From: Candidatus Kuenenia stuttgartensis
Lineage (GTDB): Bacteria > Planctomycetota > Brocadiia > Brocadiales > Brocadiaceae
Direction: 5' to 3'
Assembly: GCF_900232105.1 (NCBI RefSeq)
Contig: NZ_LT934425.1
Location: 1,620,001-1,652,000 of the forward strand
DNA length: 32,000 bases
The notes under the pieces were generated by a model. It did not search any database. It saw only the letters and a program-made list of their open reading frames with translations, and was not told the origin of the DNA. Made by a program: the position numbers and the translations under genes. Below are positions 27,878 through 32,000 of the stretch, piece after piece. Numbering within the stretch: the first letter of the stretch is position 1; each line of letters starts with the position of its first letter.

Positions 27878-28067
27878 ACGAAATACGAAACAAATCCTAA
27901 TGATAAAGCATAAAATTCAAAACACACCTAACAACACGACGCACGAAATACGAAAGAGGTTGTAATAATTTAGTATTTTGAAAATTTCCAACAATGTAGT
28001 GCGACTAACCTCGTCGCGCTACAAATGGCAATTTCCAGTTGTCATTAGAATTTGTTTCGTATTTCGT
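27878..28067. repeat. Intergenic nested inverted-repeat element
   Basis: Outer arms 27878..27904 and 28041..28067 match inversely at 25/27. Inner hairpin GTAGTGCGAC (27996..28005) / GTCGCGCTAC (28013..28022). Another acgaaatacgaaa copy starts near 27943. Confidence 0.65.
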
Positions 28068-28125
28068 GTTTCGTGCCTTTTGCTTGTTTGATTATGGCTA
28101 TGCCAGCTTGGGTTATTTTTTAATT

Positions 28126-28785
28126 TCAGCCCGACATTTTACTATGATGCTGTATTATGGAGTACAGTCTCAGTGCGGTATTTTCCGGATTATCCGATTT
28201 CAGTATGCTTGATACAACGGCAATGCCGTTTGCCCCGCTTTCCATAACACTTTCTGCATTATCTACAGTAATGCCGCCCAGCGCAATTACGGGGATTCTG
28301 ATTTTTTCTTTTAATTTCCTGAGCGATTCTGTGCCTGTTGGTTCTACTACCCCTTCTTTAGAAGGCGTCTTGAATATAGGGCCGTAGGTTATATAATCCG
28401 CACCGGAATCCCGCGCCTGCAGGGCCTCCTGCATATTATGTGCGGATATGCCAATTATTCTTTCAAAACCAATGAGATTTCTTACTCTGCTAACCGGCAT
28501 GGACTGCCATCCCAAATGAACACCATCCGCATTTGCCGCAAGAACAATATCAACCCTGTCATTAATAATCAAACTTGCATTAAGACCATGCGTTATCGTT
28601 CTTAGTTCGCATGCCAGGGAATAAATATCTTTGGTTGGCAAGTCTTTTTCTCTCAGTTGTATTGTGTTAACGCCACCTTTTAGCGCTAGTTTTACAGCGT
28701 TGATTAATGGCAGCCGGCTCTGCTTTCTGTCCGTGATCAACACGAAAGCGGGCGAGTATGCCGATTGTTTTCTCTGAAGAGGCAT
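28126..28785 (-). CDS. thiE: Thiamine-phosphate synthase
   Basis: 219 aa: FVLITDRKQ, GVNTIQLREKDLP, LIINDRVDIVLAANADGVHLGWQSMP, DYITYGPIFKTPSKEG and VIALGGITVDNAESVMESGANGIAVVSSI. Confidence 0.94.
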   Translation of the reverse strand: MPLQRKQSAYSPAFVLITDRKQSRLPLINAVKLALKGGVNTIQLREKDLPTKDIYSLACELRTITHGLNASLIINDRVDIVLAANADGVHLGWQSMPVSRVRNLIGFERIIGISAHNMQEALQARDSGADYITYGPIFKTPSKEGVVEPTGTESLRKLKEKIRIPVIALGGITVDNAESVMESGANGIAVVSSILKSDNPENTALRLYSIIQHHSKMSG

Positions 28786-28807
28786 GTTTTGTAATAGCGG
28801 TATTGTT

Positions 28808-30277
28808 TTATACGTGCAGCGTTGGTATCAATTTTTTATCAATACGCTGGCTATTTTGTTTTAAAATGGGTGAAACTACCTGTGTTATAAACTCTTCCAC
28901 TTGCTGTACGGATCTTCCGGTAAGCCTGTGAGGGTCAGAAATCTCCCCCATCTTTGCCCGTATTCTGAAAAAGGCAGGGTCTTCTGCGATTCTTTCCAGC
29001 AGGTCGTTTTCGACGCCCTCTTTTTTCATCCTCTCTGCGGATGCTATTGCGTGTTTTCGAATCCTTTCGTGATACTCCTGTCGGTCACCTCCGGCGTTTA
29101 CTATTTCCATAAGTATATTTTCCGTGACCATAAAAGGCAATTCATTTTGAAGATTGCCGGCAATAACCTGTGGATAGATGTTCAATCCTGCAGCAACGTT
29201 TAGCACAATATTTAAGATGCCGTCAACTGCAAGAAATGCCTCCGGGATTGAAATTCGCTTATTGGCAGAATCGTCCAATGTCCTTTCAAACCATTGTGAA
29301 GCCGCGGTAAATGCCGGGTTTAAGCAGTTACAAAGAACATAACGAGCAAGAGCCGCTATTCGTTCACAGCGCATGGGATTTCTTTTGTACGCCATTGCGG
29401 AAGACCCAACCTGGTCTTTCTCAAACGGTTCTTCCGCTTCCTTCATATGCTGCAACAACCGGATATCATTGGAAAATTTGTATGATGATTGTGCAATGCC
29501 TGCCAGGCAAAACATTATCTGACTATCAATTTTGCGCGGGTAAGTTTGCCCCGTCACCGGGTAAAAGCGGTCGAATCCCATTTTTTTTGTTACAAGTTCG
29601 TCTAGTTTCCTGACCTTTTCGGTATCATTATTAAAAAGCAACATAAAACTTGCTTGCGTACCGGTCGTTCCCTTTGCGCCAAGAAAACGCAGTTTCTCAA
29701 CCCTGGTTTCAATCTCTTCGATATCGAAAAGGTAATCCTGCAGCCACAGGCAAAAACGTTTTCCCAGAGTTGTTGGCTGTGCAGATTGGAAATGGGTAAA
29801 ACTTAAAGCCGCAACTTCTTTATAGGCTATTGCCTGGTCAGAGAGGATTTTTATTATATTAATTAGTTTTGCAAGGAGAAGGTTTAGTGCGTCCCTCATT
29901 TGGATCAGGTCTGTGTTGTCCTGTACATAAGCACTCGTCGCACCAAGGTGGATAATGGGCTTTGCCGCAGGACACTGTTCTCCGTATGCGTGAATGTGAG
30001 ACATTACGTCGTGTCGCAGGGTCTTTTCGTATTCTCTTGCCATCTCAAAATTAATGGTATCCTGAAAACGTTTCATTTCACTGATTTGCGCTTCTGTAAC
30101 AGTCTGCAATCCTAGTTCATGCTGTGCTTCGGCGAGCGCTATCCAGAGTTTTCTCCACGTGCTGAACTTGTAATGGTCTGAGAAGATATAGCACATCTCT
30201 TTACTTGCATACCTTTCAGAAAGAGGAGATTGATATTGCTTATAGCGGCTATCTGTTGTCATAAAAATGTCACGCAA
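28808..30277 (-). CDS. purB: Adenylosuccinate lyase
   Basis: 489 aa: KPIIHLGATSAYVQD, SFTHFQSAQPTTLGKR and QVGSSAMAYKRNPMRCERI signature. Confidence 0.94.
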   Translation of the reverse strand: MRDIFMTTDSRYKQYQSPLSERYASKEMCYIFSDHYKFSTWRKLWIALAEAQHELGLQTVTEAQISEMKRFQDTINFEMAREYEKTLRHDVMSHIHAYGEQCPAAKPIIHLGATSAYVQDNTDLIQMRDALNLLLAKLINIIKILSDQAIAYKEVAALSFTHFQSAQPTTLGKRFCLWLQDYLFDIEEIETRVEKLRFLGAKGTTGTQASFMLLFNNDTEKVRKLDELVTKKMGFDRFYPVTGQTYPRKIDSQIMFCLAGIAQSSYKFSNDIRLLQHMKEAEEPFEKDQVGSSAMAYKRNPMRCERIAALARYVLCNCLNPAFTAASQWFERTLDDSANKRISIPEAFLAVDGILNIVLNVAAGLNIYPQVIAGNLQNELPFMVTENILMEIVNAGGDRQEYHERIRKHAIASAERMKKEGVENDLLERIAEDPAFFRIRAKMGEISDPHRLTGRSVQQVEEFITQVVSPILKQNSQRIDKKLIPTLHV

Positions 30278-30562
30278 ATTAGTTATTTGAGAAGTGTGAG
30301 TATTTTTTCTTCATTGATATCATTTCCCGAAAGTTACCCGGCAGGCAGTTGCTCCGAAGTTTAGTAGCTATCGTATTACCTGGTAAAAACGTATTTTCCT
30401 GCAAGTATTTGCCACCTCTTTATCCCTCTTCCTTGTCAGGGAGAAAAAAGGAGAGGTTATCTTTGGTTGTGGGCTTACGTGGATTACATGCGCTATCAAT
30501 AGGACGTTATTTTAGCGTCCATGATAATGAATGATTATGAAAATGCAATTTATTAAAATAAA

Positions 30563-30596
30563 AAAAGGCGTTGCATGTTTGCACGCAACGCCTTTT
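30563..30596 (-). terminator. Rho-independent terminator of groL (possibly bidirectional)
   Basis: AAAAGGCGTTGC-atgtttgcac-GCAACGCCTTTT, 12-bp stem, followed on the minus strand by a run of T residues (TTTTTTTATTTTAAT). Confidence 0.9.
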
Positions 30597-30617
30597 CCTT
30601 CATGTTAACTATGTCAA

Positions 30618-32000
30618 TTAATGCTTATGAGTTGATGCTCCGGCACCTTCTTTCTCTTCCGGTACTTCTCCAATTATCGCATTTGTAGTAAGCAGTAAGG
30701 CGGCGATACTTGCTCCATTTTTTAGGGCAACTTTTATAACCTTTGTTGCATCAACAACGCCTATTTTGACCATGTCTGCAAATTTACCCTGAAAGGCATC
30801 GTATCCAAAGTTCCCCGTACCTTCCTTTACCTTTTGCAGTATAACCTCTCCTTCCAGTCCGGCATTTTTTGCAATTTGTTTGATAGGCGCTTCAATAGCA
30901 GCGCGAACGATGTTTACTCCAATCTGCTCGTCACCTTTCACAGAGAGCCCATCTAAAACGCTGGACGCCCTTATTAACCCTACGCCACCCCCGGGCAAAA
31001 TACCTTCTTCCGCTGCGGCTCTGGTGGCATGCATTGCATCTTCTACCCTCGATTTTTTCTCCTTCATTTCTGCTTCCGTTGCGGCGCCTACATTGATTTG
31101 TGCGATACCGCCGGAGAGTTTTGCCAGTCTTTCCTGCAGTTTTTCCTTGTCGTAATCGGAGGTTGTTGTTTCTATTTCTGCCTTTATCTGAGAAATTCTG
31201 CTCTGTATCTCTTTTGTATCTCCCCCGCCCTCTGTGATGGTGGTATTTTCCTTGTCAATAACCACTTTTTTTGCAGTGCCTAGATCGGCAAGTTCTATGC
31301 TGGAAAGCGGTATTCCCAAATCTTCAAAAATTGCCCTTGCGCCGACAAGTGCCGCAATGTCTCCCATCATCGCCTTTCTTCTATCGCCAAAGCCGGGCGC
31401 TTTCACTGCAGCAGAATGAAAGGTTCCGCGGAGCTTGTTTACTACGAGCGTACTAAGCGCTTCTCCTTCAACGTCTTCTGCTATTACTAATAACGGCTTA
31501 CCGGACTTGGCAATCTTTTCTAATAATGGCACCAGTTCTTTTATATTCGATATCTTCTTTTCGTGTATTAAGATATAAGGGTTTTCAAATACTACCTCCA
31601 TTGTGTCGGGCGATGTGACAAAATAGGGGGAGAGATATCCCCTGTCGAATTGCATGCCCTCGACAAGCTTTACCGTTGTTTCCAGGCTTTTACCTTCCTC
31701 GACGGTTATAACGCCATCTTTCCCCACCTTTTCCATGGCATCGGCTATTTGATTGCCAATTTCGCTGTCATTATTTGCGGCAATTGTCGCTATTTGAGAT
31801 ATCTCTTTCCTTCCTGAAATCTTGATACTCATCCGGGAAAGTTCATTACACAGGGCGTCAACAGATTTTTCAATGCCATGTTTAACGTCAACAGGATTTG
31901 CGCCCGCAGTGATATTTTTTAAACCTTCTTCAAAAATAGCTTCCGCCAGAATAGTGGCGGTAGAAGTGCCATCTCCTACCATGTCATTTGTTTTTGAAGC
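30618..32000 (-). CDS. groL: 60-kDa chaperonin GroEL, C-terminal part; continues beyond the window
   Basis: [21 protein letters not shown]...GYLSPYFVT...[23 protein letters not shown]...[10 protein letters not shown]...GAGASTHKH. The reading frame runs off the window end with no start seen. Confidence 0.96.
   Translation of the reverse strand, partial: ASKTNDMVGDGTSTATILAEAIFEEGLKNITAGANPVDVKHGIEKSVDALCNELSRMSIKISGRKEISQIATIAANNDSEIGNQIADAMEKVGKDGVITVEEGKSLETTVKLVEGMQFDRGYLSPYFVTSPDTMEVVFENPYILIHEKKISNIKELVPLLEKIAKSGKPLLVIAEDVEGEALSTLVVNKLRGTFHSAAVKAPGFGDRRKAMMGDIAALVGARAIFEDLGIPLSSIELADLGTAKKVVIDKENTTITEGGGDTKEIQSRISQIKAEIETTTSDYDKEKLQERLAKLSGGIAQINVGAATEAEMKEKKSRVEDAMHATRAAAEEGILPGGGVGLIRASSVLDGLSVKGDEQIGVNIVRAAIEAPIKQIAKNAGLEGEVILQKVKEGTGNFGYDAFQGKFADMVKIGVVDATKVIKVALKNGASIAALLLTTNAIIGEVPEEKEGAGASTHKH

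Noticed and set aside
28901-30115. Plus-strand ORFs antisense to purB
   Set aside because: Shadow ORFs of the clearly conserved adenylosuccinate lyase gene.

Overview
This 32-kb window is mostly housekeeping sequence. Gene content and protein style suggest a planctomycete, possibly an anammox relative, but that is inference only. No rRNA, tRNA or CRISPR array was recognised. Features in order: (1) a two-gene IS-like element at about 4..2775, with an IS4-family DDE transposase translationally coupled to a DUF4338/DruA-family protein inside 41-bp imperfect inverted repeats; (2) a DUF3820 protein; (3) a radical SAM/SPASM protein and a family-2 glycosyltransferase; (4) gyrA, whose C-terminal ~150 codons are present but broken by about six apparent 1-nt deletions and which ends in an (EQ)n hexanucleotide repeat; (5) an MBL-fold hydrolase and a tandem NDK-domain protein; (6) folC and a highly divergent MnmE/TrmE-like GTPase; (7) a CcoI/FixI-type P-type ATPase, an ArsB/NhaD permease and an ABC-F ATPase; (8) ileS, a DUF167 protein and acylphosphatase; (9) ccsA/ccsB-type cytochrome c biogenesis genes; (10) an OmpA-like lipoprotein, hisI, thiE, purB and partial groL. 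The best leads are the transposase-DruA pairing, the clustered gyrA frameshifts, the degenerate MnmE-like GTPase and the tandem NDK protein. I see no convincing new multi-gene defence or metabolic system.
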